This document shows positions 17,146 to 26,726 of a stretch of DNA of 35,576 nucleotides, in pieces (the first letter of the stretch is position 1; the number at the start of each line of letters is the position of its first letter). The position numbers and the translations under genes were made by a program. The notes beneath the pieces were generated by a model. It searched no databases and had not been told where the DNA came from. It worked only from the letters and a program-made list of their open reading frames with translations. Origin of the DNA: a virus (lineage: Duplodnaviria; Caudoviricetes); the IMG/VR virus record IMGVR_UViG_3300044785_000013, positions 1-35,576 of that record; one strand, 5' to 3'.

Positions 17146-18020
17146 AGCAAAGCCCGAACAATCCACATTGTGGGCATATTGACTGGGCGCGTCTCGTCCG
17201 CGTCACCGGTGGACCCAGTATTTACGGTGGTAACGCCTTCAACGAACGGGCCTGACCCGCCAGACCCTGACCCGTTCGGTGTGGCTTGCACGGTGTGGAC
17301 GTGTGCCTTGAACACGTCGTCCTGCACGGTTGTAAAGTCTCGCCCCGAACCTTCTGGGTCAACGTCTTCGGTGGGGTCGTAGCCCCGTAGAAACATCCCT
17401 TGCCAAGCGGGCACATTGAAGGTAGTGGTTCCATCCCCCACACCGAATGTTGTCCCCCACAGGGTGAACAGCGCGGGGAAATCCTCCCGACTCACAGCCT
17501 GCCCGTTCACGGCCAGGTACCTGTCGGGCACTGTGGTTGTCACCCAGGCCCGGATGGAACCTACCGGCTCTTGCCCCGCCGTCAACGTCACCACCGCGGC
17601 GGCTACCGCGGCTGCGATGGCGTCTTCCATCTGGCCAAGCGTCGGCGGCTGCAGCTCGGCCTCTGCCGGCCCGGCCAGCTCGAACAGCCCTTCCATGGCC
17701 ACATCTCCGGCCAGTGGTAGAAAAGTGGCGTCCGCTGCGGGTGGGATAGCGCTGACGTTCGTCCACTCGTGGATGGGGGCGTCATCGGGGTCCAGTAGGG
17801 TGAAGTCGTAGGACCCGGTTTCTTCGAGGAAAAATCCAACTGGGATACGCCCCTGCTCGTCCAGTATGATCGGGTGTTCGTGGGCAGACACCTCGTCAAT
17901 GTCTTGGAAAGTACCCTTCGGGGTGTTTGTCCCGGAGACGAAGGCATACAGCTTGAAGTCAACGCAGGGTTGGCCGTCGTGGCTGAATTGGTGGTTGAAA
18001 CCTGGGCTTTGGCCGGCCAT
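17142..18020 (-). CDS. Short tail fibre: tailspike-type N-terminal attachment domain plus tail-collar domain
   Basis: G.P...KLY.F..GT.TPK..PI.LD..GR; PVGSI, NGQAVSR..P.LF, FGVGDGTTTFNVP...G.FLRG.D, ETRP.N. Confidence 0.85.
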   Translation of the reverse strand: MAGQSPGFNHQFSHDGQPCVDFKLYAFVSGTNTPKGTFQDIDEVSAHEHPIILDEQGRIPVGFFLEETGSYDFTLLDPDDAPIHEWTNVSAIPPAADATFLPLAGDVAMEGLFELAGPAEAELQPPTLGQMEDAIAAAVAAAVVTLTAGQEPVGSIRAWVTTTVPDRYLAVNGQAVSREDFPALFTLWGTTFGVGDGTTTFNVPAWQGMFLRGYDPTEDVDPEGSGRDFTTVQDDVFKAHVHTVQATPNGSGSGGSGPFVEGVTTVNTGSTGDADETRPVNMPTMWIVRALL

Positions 18021-18096
18021 GAAGATATCCTAGTGATTGAGTATCAAATCGCCAGAGCGGTAGTGCTTATTCTGCTGGCGTTCGTTGTTGGGTTCG

Positions 18097-20397
18097 TCAG
18101 TCGGTTGCCCCGGGCAAGACAGGCACGGCGCGGTACCCCAGGGAAAGTGCGTTGCTCGCCGAAGCGCCCAGCGGTTGCTGACCTGCCAGGAACGATTCCA
18201 GCCCCCGTGCTGTGCGATCTGGGTCCGACAGTACGGCTGCCAGTTCCGCAACTCGCTGACGCCTCGCCGCGTCCCGCAGCGCCAGAAGCGTTGGGCCACT
18301 GATAGTAGAACCGAAGCCAAACGGCAACCGTTGGGCCACGGCGCCAAGTAGCGGGTTTTCGAGCAGACCGTTCCCCTGCATGGCGGCCTGCAACTGCGCC
18401 GTGTTCGAACCAGCCACACGGCCTGCGCTGTGGGTTGCAGCCGCCCGGTCCAGGTCCGCTTGGATCGCTTGCAGCGTGGCCATCTGCTGAGGGTCCATGA
18501 TTTCACGCAGCGCAGGCAGCCTGTTTTCCAACCAGTTGGAATAGGCCCGTTGCGTCAGATCGCCACCGGCGTTCACACCGGCACCCGCTTCGGTCAGTGC
18601 CAATCCGCGCAGTTGGTCCATCATGTGTGGGTTGTCATCCACCAGCGTTCGGTATGACTGGACGTCACCAACCTGGCCTGGGGTGGCGTTCCAGAACAAA
18701 CCTGGGATTTCCCCGCCGCGGGCACGCGTTAGGTTCGATTCGTCCCGCTCAAACAACTCCCGTTGCGGTCCGGTCCTGAATCGCTCGTTTCGGGCTTGAG
18801 AAGCTGCACGGGCATCCGTCCACCGCGCCAACATTTCAGGGGTGAACACCTCGCCCGGCCTGAGGTTCCCCGCGGCGGCGTCCGCTACCCGGGCGTCAAT
18901 CTGCGCCTGCATGCCTTCCAGCGCAGCGGCTTCCCGTGCCGTGCGCGGGTCCCGGCGCAGGTCTCGCGCCAATGCGCCGAGTGAACTGCGCAAGTCCTGC
19001 ATCTCACGCCAGCCCACCAACTGTTGGCCAACCTGGCCAGGTGTGGTCACTTCTTCCGTGTGGTAGATGCCGCGGGCATTTTGCACCCGTGCCGTCGATG
19101 TCGTGGCGGGGCCGCGCGTCAGGTCCGCCGCCGTGCCGATCGCAGCTCGCGCGTCAGCGCCCGCGCCCACCACCCCGGGGCCCAGGAACTGCGACAGGGC
19201 GTTTTCCATGTCGCCCAATGGCAGTTCAATGGCGGCAGGCTGTTGCGGGCCCATCGGGCCAACCGGCGGCACATCTACGTTTTGGAACATGTCGCTCACC
19301 TGCGCGCCAATGCGCCGGTCCTCCGGCAAAATTCGCCGTTCCAGCTCGCGGCCCAGGTCTTCGCGCACCTGCGCCACGTTGTCGCCCCGGCCGCCCAGGC
19401 CGGCCAACGTCTGCATGCGGACGGCTGCGTTTGCCTCCGCCTGATCAAACAACTCTCGACCGCCGCCAGCTTGAACAGCGCGCACCAGGTTGGCCAACCC
19501 GTTGTCACCGGTGGCTTCCGCAGCGTTCGGCAAGGAACCGGGCAAGAACTGTTGGCCACCGCCGCGTAGGTGCTGCAACAGCGCGTTGACCGCCGCGGGG
19601 TCATCCGGCAGCACCGCTGCGATACCGGGCGCCACGCGGCGTTCCATAGACTGGAAGGGACCCGCCACCACACTGGCCAGCCCGGCACCCAGCGCACCTG
19701 CGCCGCGCAGCGCCGAGGGTAGTGCAGCGCCGATCGCGCCGCCGGCCAACGCCGCGTTTGGGTCGGCAAGGCCGGCCGCCGCCGCACCCCCGATCGCACC
19801 GCCCACCGATCGAATGCCCTGTTCCCCAACGCGAGCTGCCCAACCCATGGCCGGCGCGGCTTGACCCACAGGCCGCAACGCAAAGCCACCGGTGGCCAGC
19901 GCTTGCGCCAGCAACGGCAGGCCGGCCCGGGTGGCTACACGGCCCAACGCCGGCCCAACGCCACCCGTTCCAGCCACCTCGGAGGCCAGCTCACCTCCGC
20001 GGAACGGCAGGGATCCCGGGTCAGCGCCAAACTCATTGGCGAGCGTCGCCTTGACCGCGCCCCGCCGGTTTGGCAGCCCAATGAAGCTGTTTTCGATGCC
20101 CCGAGCCCGCGCCCCTTCGTCGATGGGGATCATCAAGGTGCTGCCGATGTTGGCCGCCCCCTGGACCGCGCCCGCTGCGGTGTCCCCGATGCTCTGCTGC
20201 AGCGAGCGCCGTTCAGCTTGCGTTGCGTGACTGGGCAGCGGGGCGCTTTGTTGCCCTGGGTAGCTCTGCTCACGCGGCAACGCGGCAAAAGCGCGTTCGG
20301 CCGCCGCACGCAACTGCTCAGGAGGAGCGTCCGCCGGGCCACGGATAGTGAACTCGCGACCGTCAGGCCCGCGGATGGTGTAGTCCTTGTCAGCCAT
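18097..20397 (-). CDS. Large internal virion/DNA ejection protein (P22 gp16-like by position)
   Basis: N-terminal Y.I.GPDG..F.I.GP..A, Gly/Ala hydrophobic stretch, GSNT motif; third of three such genes. Confidence 0.75.
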   Translation of the reverse strand: MADKDYTIRGPDGREFTIRGPADAPPEQLRAAAERAFAALPREQSYPGQQSAPLPSHATQAERRSLQQSIGDTAAGAVQGAANIGSTLMIPIDEGARARGIENSFIGLPNRRGAVKATLANEFGADPGSLPFRGGELASEVAGTGGVGPALGRVATRAGLPLLAQALATGGFALRPVGQAAPAMGWAARVGEQGIRSVGGAIGGAAAAGLADPNAALAGGAIGAALPSALRGAGALGAGLASVVAGPFQSMERRVAPGIAAVLPDDPAAVNALLQHLRGGGQQFLPGSLPNAAEATGDNGLANLVRAVQAGGGRELFDQAEANAAVRMQTLAGLGGRGDNVAQVREDLGRELERRILPEDRRIGAQVSDMFQNVDVPPVGPMGPQQPAAIELPLGDMENALSQFLGPGVVGAGADARAAIGTAADLTRGPATTSTARVQNARGIYHTEEVTTPGQVGQQLVGWREMQDLRSSLGALARDLRRDPRTAREAAALEGMQAQIDARVADAAAGNLRPGEVFTPEMLARWTDARAASQARNERFRTGPQRELFERDESNLTRARGGEIPGLFWNATPGQVGDVQSYRTLVDDNPHMMDQLRGLALTEAGAGVNAGGDLTQRAYSNWLENRLPALREIMDPQQMATLQAIQADLDRAAATHSAGRVAGSNTAQLQAAMQGNGLLENPLLGAVAQRLPFGFGSTISGPTLLALRDAARRQRVAELAAVLSDPDRTARGLESFLAGQQPLGASASNALSLGYRAVPVLPGATD

Positions 20398-20403
20398 GGG
20401 GGC

Positions 20404-21648
20404 TCACTTCGGCACGAACGAGAAGCCGCCACCCAAATCAACCATCGTACTGGTCATGGGGGTTGCATTGGGCGCCCGAGACGGCAACAGCGGCGTGGCT
20501 CGGGTGTTGGACACCTGGTCCGTGCCGGGCATCTTCGGGGCGCTCCGGCCAACATACCGCCCCTGAATGGTCCTGACGGTTTGAAGGGCGGCTTGTTTTT
20601 GCGGCACAGGGACACTGGGATCGGAAAGCCGGCCCACGGCCTGTTCATACACCTTCCGGTCGGCGTCCGATTGTGGGCCTTCCATCCGCTCGGTCAAAGC
20701 CAACATCTTGCCTTGGATGACGCGCAACGACGCGATAGCGTCGGCTCCAGAAGGAGACGCACCGAACAGCCCCGCCGCCCAGTCCACTCCAGCGCCGATT
20801 CCACTCCCGGTAGCCTCTCTCAAGAGTGGTTCTGCTTCAGCGGCTAAAGTGGCCATGTCCCCTGCATCCCGGGCTTTCTGGGCCAGGGCTTGGCCTCGCT
20901 TGCCCAACACGTTCGCCCCGCCCGCGTCCACCACGGGGTGGCTGACCCCGGTATCCAGGTTCGCCGTCCGAAACCCTTCGGGTCCTTCAAACAACTGCAT
21001 GCGCGGCGCTTTCTCGTGCCCGGCCCGCGTGGCCGCCGCGTTCACCTCCAACGCACGCAGCCGCTCCAACTCCAATTGGTGTCGATTTTGGTTGGCCAGG
21101 GTGGCATCTGCCCGAACGTTGTCCTGCACCTTGTCCGGGCCCATCACCAGCGCGTCACGCCACTGCGCCAACTGAACCGGGTCCTTTGGAATCGACCGCA
21201 TGAGTTTTGAGGCGTCCTGCATCGAGTAGACGCCGCCCACCACGCCGTCAGCCAGGTGCTGTCGTACGGATTCAGGGTCGTTGATCCCGTTCAGGCCTTG
21301 CATCAGGAACTGCCTCTTTCCCGCCGCGGTTCTTTGATCTTCCTGGGCTGCGCTGGCTGCGTCACGCCGTCGGGTAGATTGTTTGCCGCGCAGGTTCTCG
21401 GCCTGTGTGATGTACCCAGCCTGCTGATAGGCCCCCGGCAACTGATCCTCCGGGGTGTTGCCTAGGCCGCTCTCAAACGTCATCAGCGCGTTCTCTCGCG
21501 ACATCCGGTCTCGCTGTTCCTGCATGGACAGCGCGTTCATTTCATGCCGTTGCTGGGCGCCGCGCAGGTTCGCGAAGTCCCCTGCGTAATCCAAGAAAGA
21601 CCGCGGTTGCGGGATCGCGTTCCAGATCGAAGGGTCGAATCCGGCCAT
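20404..21648 (-). CDS. Internal virion/DNA ejection protein (gp20-like by position)
   Basis: Helical and Q/A-rich; ATGSG.G and RMEGPQSD.D motifs. Confidence 0.75.
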   Translation of the reverse strand: MAGFDPSIWNAIPQPRSFLDYAGDFANLRGAQQRHEMNALSMQEQRDRMSRENALMTFESGLGNTPEDQLPGAYQQAGYITQAENLRGKQSTRRRDAASAAQEDQRTAAGKRQFLMQGLNGINDPESVRQHLADGVVGGVYSMQDASKLMRSIPKDPVQLAQWRDALVMGPDKVQDNVRADATLANQNRHQLELERLRALEVNAAATRAGHEKAPRMQLFEGPEGFRTANLDTGVSHPVVDAGGANVLGKRGQALAQKARDAGDMATLAAEAEPLLREATGSGIGAGVDWAAGLFGASPSGADAIASLRVIQGKMLALTERMEGPQSDADRKVYEQAVGRLSDPSVPVPQKQAALQTVRTIQGRYVGRSAPKMPGTDQVSNTRATPLLPSRAPNATPMTSTMVDLGGGFSFVPK

Positions 21649-21656
21649 AACTCACC

Positions 21657-22892
21657 TCACCTCACCAGTTGCTTGCGAAACATCATCAGGGCGTTGTGGC
21701 CAGCCGCCGGGCTGCCACCCCCAAGGGCGGCCACCTCAGGCGCCGTGAACACGTGTTCGTTGGGCGTCAGCCAAGCCGGCTCGGTATCCACACCGCTCGG
21801 AGGCCCGGTCACCCGGCCGCCTTGCAAGTAGTTTTTCCGCTGGACAGGCCCGCCGCGGTTGTACGCCCCAGCATCCTTGAGCACCTTTTCCGTCTGCAGG
21901 TCTCGCATCGTTCGGTATTTGGGCCGCGCAGCCTGCGCGGCCGGGGCGCTGGCGGCTGCATCCAGGGCCTGCAGGATCGCTTCCCGGCTCATGGCGCCGC
22001 CGGCTGCCTGTCCGGGCAACGGCGTGCGCATGCCGACTTTCGGCACCATTCGGCCGGCACCGTCATCCACCATCACCGGGCCGCCGTTGTTGTAAAACCC
22101 GTTGCTACTGCCCGGCTGGTACTGCCCGGCCATGGTGGGTGCCTTCATCGGCACGCTGCCACCACCACCACCACCACCACCACCACCCCCGCCACCCTGG
22201 TTGCCGAAAAGGTCCATCAGGCTACCGCCGAACATGCCTAACGCATTCTGGCTGGCCCGGCCATCGGCCAGGTTGGCAGCCGCCGCGGTGTTGCCGTAGC
22301 CGGTGAGGTATCCGCCCGTCATGTCGGCGTAGTGCTGGTCCGCCGCGTTCTGCCTGCCAACGGAACGCTCGCCGAAGCCTGCGGTGGTGGTGGCCCGGCC
22401 GAAGCGGGCGTTCGTGTCGGTCTGGTTGCGATTGAACGCGTCATTGAAGAACCGGTTCGCGTTGCCGCTGTTGAACGTGGTCAAGTCCTTGAGCGCCTGC
22501 CCACTGTAAAGCCCGCCGCGCGCTGCGTTCGTGCCCTCAATACCCCGAACACCTTCGCGCTGCGCGAACTGATATCCGGGATCTGAGTACACATCGTTCG
22601 CCGTGGTGGGGCGGTAGTTGAATCGGGATAGCGCGTTCAACCCTTGCGCGCCAACATCGCCGTAAGGCTGTTCACGACCCAGGATAGCCCCTCGGGCTTG
22701 CGACTGCCCGGCGATGGCCTCGCGCTTGGCTTGTTCCAGTTGTTCTTGAGCCCGGCGTCGCGACCGCGACCCAGATAGCCCACTGACCAACCCCAGCGCA
22801 CCACCCGCCAGGGCGCCCCAGGGGCCGCCGACGGAAAACCCCGTGGCGGCCCCAGAACCCACACTGCCCAACACTTCACCATCGACCGCCAT
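21657..22892 (-). CDS. Pilot/DNA ejection protein (gp7-like)
   Basis: Gly-rich N-terminus GPWGALAGG; PGYQF...G......AARGGLYSG.ALK. Confidence 0.85.
   Translation of the reverse strand: MAVDGEVLGSVGSGAATGFSVGGPWGALAGGALGLVSGLSGSRSRRRAQEQLEQAKREAIAGQSQARGAILGREQPYGDVGAQGLNALSRFNYRPTTANDVYSDPGYQFAQREGVRGIEGTNAARGGLYSGQALKDLTTFNSGNANRFFNDAFNRNQTDTNARFGRATTTAGFGERSVGRQNAADQHYADMTGGYLTGYGNTAAAANLADGRASQNALGMFGGSLMDLFGNQGGGGGGGGGGGGGSVPMKAPTMAGQYQPGSSNGFYNNGGPVMVDDGAGRMVPKVGMRTPLPGQAAGGAMSREAILQALDAAASAPAAQAARPKYRTMRDLQTEKVLKDAGAYNRGGPVQRKNYLQGGRVTGPPSGVDTEPAWLTPNEHVFTAPEVAALGGGSPAAGHNALMMFRKQLVR
22158..22196 (-). repeat. (GGT)n tract encoding Gly13
   Basis: Seen as (ACC)n on the plus strand. Confidence 0.9.
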
Positions 22893-22905
22893 GTTTCTCT
22901 CCTAG

Positions 22906-23112
22906 TTACGCCAAGTTTACCCGGGCGGGAGGCAGCCTCGGGGCGATCAACGCGAGTTGCACGTCAATGACAGCTACTTGGTCCTGAATTTCCTGTCGGC
23001 GTGCGATTACGGTTGCGTTTGTCAACGTCAGAAACTCATCCTGCAGTCTCTTTTTGTATTCACGCAATCGTTGTGTTTGCTCAACAGCGATGATCTGGTC
23101 GGCAGTGGCCAT
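22906..23112 (-). CDS. Small coiled-coil protein, possible tail-fibre chaperone
   Basis: 68 aa, directly downstream of the fibre gene. Confidence 0.6.
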   Translation of the reverse strand: MATADQIIAVEQTQRLREYKKRLQDEFLTLTNATVIARRQEIQDQVAVIDVQLALIAPRLPPARVNLA

Positions 23113-23114
23113 AG

Positions 23115-24983
23115 TTAACTCGGTTCGAAGATTGAATATACGAATGTGGATGTTTCTAGAACGCTGGTGCTTGTTATCGTGAATGAGGTTCCGGCAGCCT
23201 TCGCATAGCTGATGTGCCCCAGTGTTCCACCAGGGGTTTCTCTAGTAAGCTGAATACGGCTGTTAGCGGTAACTGAGGTGTTGTTTACAACAAGAGTGCC
23301 AGCCACGAGATTACCGGTCAGCCCCTGCTTGCAGTTAGACCCTTCTTTGATAGAAAGCCCTGTGCCGGCTGTCGGTATAGATACTCCTGAACTACTAAAC
23401 AAGGCCCTATTTACAGCATTTGTGGAGATGTAGCACTGGTTCGATCCAGGGACTATTCCAAACGTCTCTTCTCCTGCGTTTCCTGTCACGGCTATCTGCG
23501 TCGAGTCGGAGTACAACCCTCCAGGCGTGCCGCCTGTAACTTTAATGATGAAACCGGCTGCCCCGACCACCCTAAGTGGAGCGCCGTCTGCGTTCGTCGT
23601 ACCAATCGCAACTTTACCGGTACTGTCTACTCTCGCAAATTCAGTGCCGTTTGTAGTCAGCCCAAGAGTATTCGCTGCAGGTAGATACACCCCGTTGGCA
23701 GGTACGGAAGACCCGGTAGGTATTAACGCCGCCGCCGACAAACTACCAGAAGCTACGCAAGTGCCGCCCTGGTTGAACTGGAACATTGACCCTGCCGCGG
23801 AGGCTGTCCCGAAATGCACGCCAAGCGTGTCAAGCCCACCGACACCGGATGATCCTTGGAAATAGCTCATGCCGAAGGCATCAGCATTTGCGAATCGCCA
23901 TATCGGGTTTCTGACATTCGACGCGAATGTAGTGCTTGAGAAACCAGACGCCCCTGCCGCGGCAACGCCTGCAGTTGATACGAGACCAGCAACAGAAACG
24001 CTATTGCTGAAGGCGTGAGTGCCGCTCCACGTTGGTGAGATGCCCTGTGACAGCGCCGGAGCACCATCCGACCGCATGAACGTCGTGGCCGACCCGTTCA
24101 CTGCCGTCAGGCCGACACTCGCTGATGGGTTCGCCGCCACTGGCAGTTGTGCAGTCGTGGCCAGCGTGCCGGAAGTCGGGAACGTCACGGCCGTGGTGCC
24201 GGTCATCGTGAACGTGCTGGCGAACGCGCCGGAGATGGTGATGGTGCTTGCGGCGTTGTTTGCGATACCGGTACCGCCGAAGTTGGCTGCCACCGCCGTG
24301 CCTTGCCAAACCCCCGTACCAATCGTTCCGAGCGTAGTAATGCTGGCTTGCCCGACGTAGGTGGCCGCGATGTCAACAACTGGATTGCCCGAAACGCCAT
24401 CCCCGTTCGTCAAGGTGATCCGCGTAGCGGTACCTGTGATGGTCCTCTGTGCCCAGGTATCCGCAGATGTCCGTACGGCAATCCCAGTGCCGCTCAAACC
24501 CTCCACCGCCGACAGGTCATTCGCCAGAGCAAACGTCAGCGTCAACTGACCGACAGAAGGGCCAGTTTCTTGAGTAACTAAAAGACCCTCGGCCGGGTTT
24601 TCGAGTATCAAGTTTTGTACTGCAAACGCCCAAGTTTCATCCCCGCGCCAGAAAGAATTCGAGCTGGCCCCTGTGCCGCCATTCAGCCGGCTGGGTGGGA
24701 GGTTTCCCGCCACGTCCTGATCCAGGCGTACCGGCCCGTACGTCGGCGCACCCGTGGGATTCCCGTGGAGCACCTGTTGTGGTGACCCCCGGGAGCCGAT
24801 AGTTCGAAGCGTGTTGACGTTGGAGCTGGTCATCACCAGTTGGTTTGGTTGCATCCCAGCGACCGGCGCACTAGCCTCTCCATTCGACGCGTCTAACCCT
24901 TGAAAAAACGCACGCCACTCGGGCTTGACCAAGCCGGTTTCGACATCCACAAGCGGCACGTTCCAGAGGTTTGGTTTCGGCAT
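23115..24983 (-). CDS. Tail needle/fibre protein (putative receptor-binding protein)
   Basis: N-terminal P.VD..TG....W..FF right after the hub gene; GGTG repeats; T/S/G-rich. Start refined to ATG 24983. Confidence 0.8.
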   Translation of the reverse strand: MPKPNLWNVPLVDVETGLVKPEWRAFFQGLDASNGEASAPVAGMQPNQLVMTSSNVNTLRTIGSRGSPQQVLHGNPTGAPTYGPVRLDQDVAGNLPPSRLNGGTGASSNSFWRGDETWAFAVQNLILENPAEGLLVTQETGPSVGQLTLTFALANDLSAVEGLSGTGIAVRTSADTWAQRTITGTATRITLTNGDGVSGNPVVDIAATYVGQASITTLGTIGTGVWQGTAVAANFGGTGIANNAASTITISGAFASTFTMTGTTAVTFPTSGTLATTAQLPVAANPSASVGLTAVNGSATTFMRSDGAPALSQGISPTWSGTHAFSNSVSVAGLVSTAGVAAAGASGFSSTTFASNVRNPIWRFANADAFGMSYFQGSSGVGGLDTLGVHFGTASAAGSMFQFNQGGTCVASGSLSAAALIPTGSSVPANGVYLPAANTLGLTTNGTEFARVDSTGKVAIGTTNADGAPLRVVGAAGFIIKVTGGTPGGLYSDSTQIAVTGNAGEETFGIVPGSNQCYISTNAVNRALFSSSGVSIPTAGTGLSIKEGSNCKQGLTGNLVAGTLVVNNTSVTANSRIQLTRETPGGTLGHISYAKAAGTSFTITSTSVLETSTFVYSIFEPS

Positions 24984-24984
24984 T

Positions 24985-26202
24985 TCATCTAACCCCAAAG
25001 TCCATCGTTACGGGGTTGAATGGCGCGTCGTCCGTCATCCTCAGTTCGAATACCCGTCCGTTCAACCCATCCGCAGCCCCCAACTGGTTGAACTCGACTG
25101 CAGTGCGGTACTTGCCCCGGGCACCGACGGAAACCCGTTGCCAGCCGGACCAACCATCTTGTGGGTCGTCTTTCCAGCGAAGCATGGCCACCCCTCCCGT
25201 GGCGCGCTCACACACCAACTGGGCTTTGGGGTAGTGCGCCATACGGCCCTGATCCTGACCCATGGCTGGGCAAATTCGGGTGCGCACCAGTGGGTCACCG
25301 GCGAGGCTGTGCGCGTCGTGGTCAGCGTAGTACAGCCGCCCCTCTCGGTCACCGAAGTAATTTCGGCCGTAGGCAAATGCATGACACCGGGCCCGCCAGC
25401 GGGTGAATCTGCCGTTTCTTAGTTCAGCAATTTCTGTCCACTGCCGCGTCGTAGCGTTGAATACCTGCGTGGCGTCAAGTCCGGGAACCTGCAGTGCGTA
25501 AAACTCGTCCTTCAAAAACGTGAAAGTAAAGGCCTCTGCCGTATACAAACTCCGGCCCCGCAACCGCTCCTCCACGGCTCTATCGGACACCACCGCCACG
25601 CCTTGCCCGGCGCCAGCCATCACCACCACAGCTTGACCTCGCCGGCCCGAAGTAGCCAACCACATGGGGCGACCGGCGCATTTCTGCATGGCGTAGGGCG
25701 CTGCGCTACCAAACTCAAGTGTGGCGCCGTCATACCGCTCAAACACCGCGCTGGTGCCTGTATTGGTGTGCACTTCGGTGCCAATCGCTCCGGCGAGCCA
25801 CAAATCACTGTTCACGGCAACCATAGATACCAACACGTCGGGGAGAGACTCCGCCGACTTAAAATCCAACGAGCTTTGGACCAAGGCATTGCCGGGGTCT
25901 GTCCACCCATACCGCTGTGAGTTTCTTTGGATGGCCACCGTTCGTTCGTTCACAACGGCAAAACGTCGGCCGGGCGGGAAATTTGGAGCTTCTTGGAGGG
26001 TCATACCATCCCAGATATACAGGTATGTGCCGTCGCAAACCTGCAGTTGGGTTAGGTTTTCGTCAAAAGTCACCACCCCCGCAGAACTGTTCAACGTTCC
26101 GATAGTAACTGCGCTGCCCTCTTTAGGCACCTGGTACAGCGTAGCGCCGCGTGCGGCGTAGAGCTTGTCTTTCCAATTAAATAGTCCGCGAATTTGAGCC
26201 AT
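24985..26202 (-). CDS. P22 gp10-like tail hub/DNA stabilization protein lacking its N-terminal ~50 aa
   Basis: IRGL..LY...G..LY, F.SAES.PD, FY.L..P, GD...G.LY, GKY, RVFE....D. Own ATG at 26202 (TGATG overlap, GGGAG RBS). Confidence 0.88.
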   Translation of the reverse strand: MAQIRGLFNWKDKLYAARGATLYQVPKEGSAVTIGTLNSSAGVVTFDENLTQLQVCDGTYLYIWDGMTLQEAPNFPPGRRFAVVNERTVAIQRNSQRYGWTDPGNALVQSSLDFKSAESLPDVLVSMVAVNSDLWLAGAIGTEVHTNTGTSAVFERYDGATLEFGSAAPYAMQKCAGRPMWLATSGRRGQAVVVMAGAGQGVAVVSDRAVEERLRGRSLYTAEAFTFTFLKDEFYALQVPGLDATQVFNATTRQWTEIAELRNGRFTRWRARCHAFAYGRNYFGDREGRLYYADHDAHSLAGDPLVRTRICPAMGQDQGRMAHYPKAQLVCERATGGVAMLRWKDDPQDGWSGWQRVSVGARGKYRTAVEFNQLGAADGLNGRVFELRMTDDAPFNPVTMDFGVR

Positions 26203-26726
26203 CAGCGATTCTCCCGCAGCCATCGATTGCTGTTGCCGATGCCGACGCGTGTGCTCGGCCACAGCCGGGCCCCGCCTGGGCCTGGTCTCCAGTCGTACCG
26301 CGGCACCGGGTCCCTCTGGTACCCCCGGCGCTTGAGCACGCCGTACGCGATGGCCTCCCAGTGGTAGCTGCCCTCTGGCCAGTTGATTGCACGCAGGGCC
26401 GCGACGTTGCACACCACGCCGTGGTGTGGGTGCCCCCGCTTGTCCAGCTTGCCGTGCACCGTTTCCGCGGCCCACCCGATGGTGTGCCCCTGGTCTGCCG
26501 CGCGCAGGGCTAGCGCGTGCATGGCCGGGACGAAGCCGAAGTCGAGCACATCATCACCCCCGTCCACGAAGCAGAACCACTCGCAGCGGCTGGAGTCGAT
26601 GCACTCCAGCCGGCGCAGGTAGAGCGCCGCACAGGTCGGCTCGGCCAACGGCACGCACCGGAGCGTCGGCACCCCGGGCAGGGCCTGGGCGCCGACGGAA
26701 ACGAAGTCGATCAAGGGTTCGGCCAT
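26202..26726 (-). CDS. Putative GT-A (GT2-like) glycosyltransferase-fold protein
   Basis: R......EWFCFVDGGDDVL resembles the GT-A beta-strand plus DxD region; short (174 aa). Confidence 0.5.
   Translation of the reverse strand: MAEPLIDFVSVGAQALPGVPTLRCVPLAEPTCAALYLRRLECIDSSRCEWFCFVDGGDDVLDFGFVPAMHALALRAADQGHTIGWAAETVHGKLDKRGHPHHGVVCNVAALRAINWPEGSYHWEAIAYGVLKRRGYQRDPVPRYDWRPGPGGARLWPSTRVGIGNSNRWLRENR

Noticed and set aside
9478-20847. Long antisense or alternative-frame ORFs (e.g. 9478..10419, 12359..13264, 19861..20847)
   Set aside because: Shadow ORFs expected in GC-rich coding DNA; they overlap well-supported genes and carry no motifs.
26203-26475. N-terminal 91 aa of the listed ORF 24985..26475
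   Set aside because: It is an out-of-frame overlap with the GT-like gene; hub similarity starts at Met 26202.
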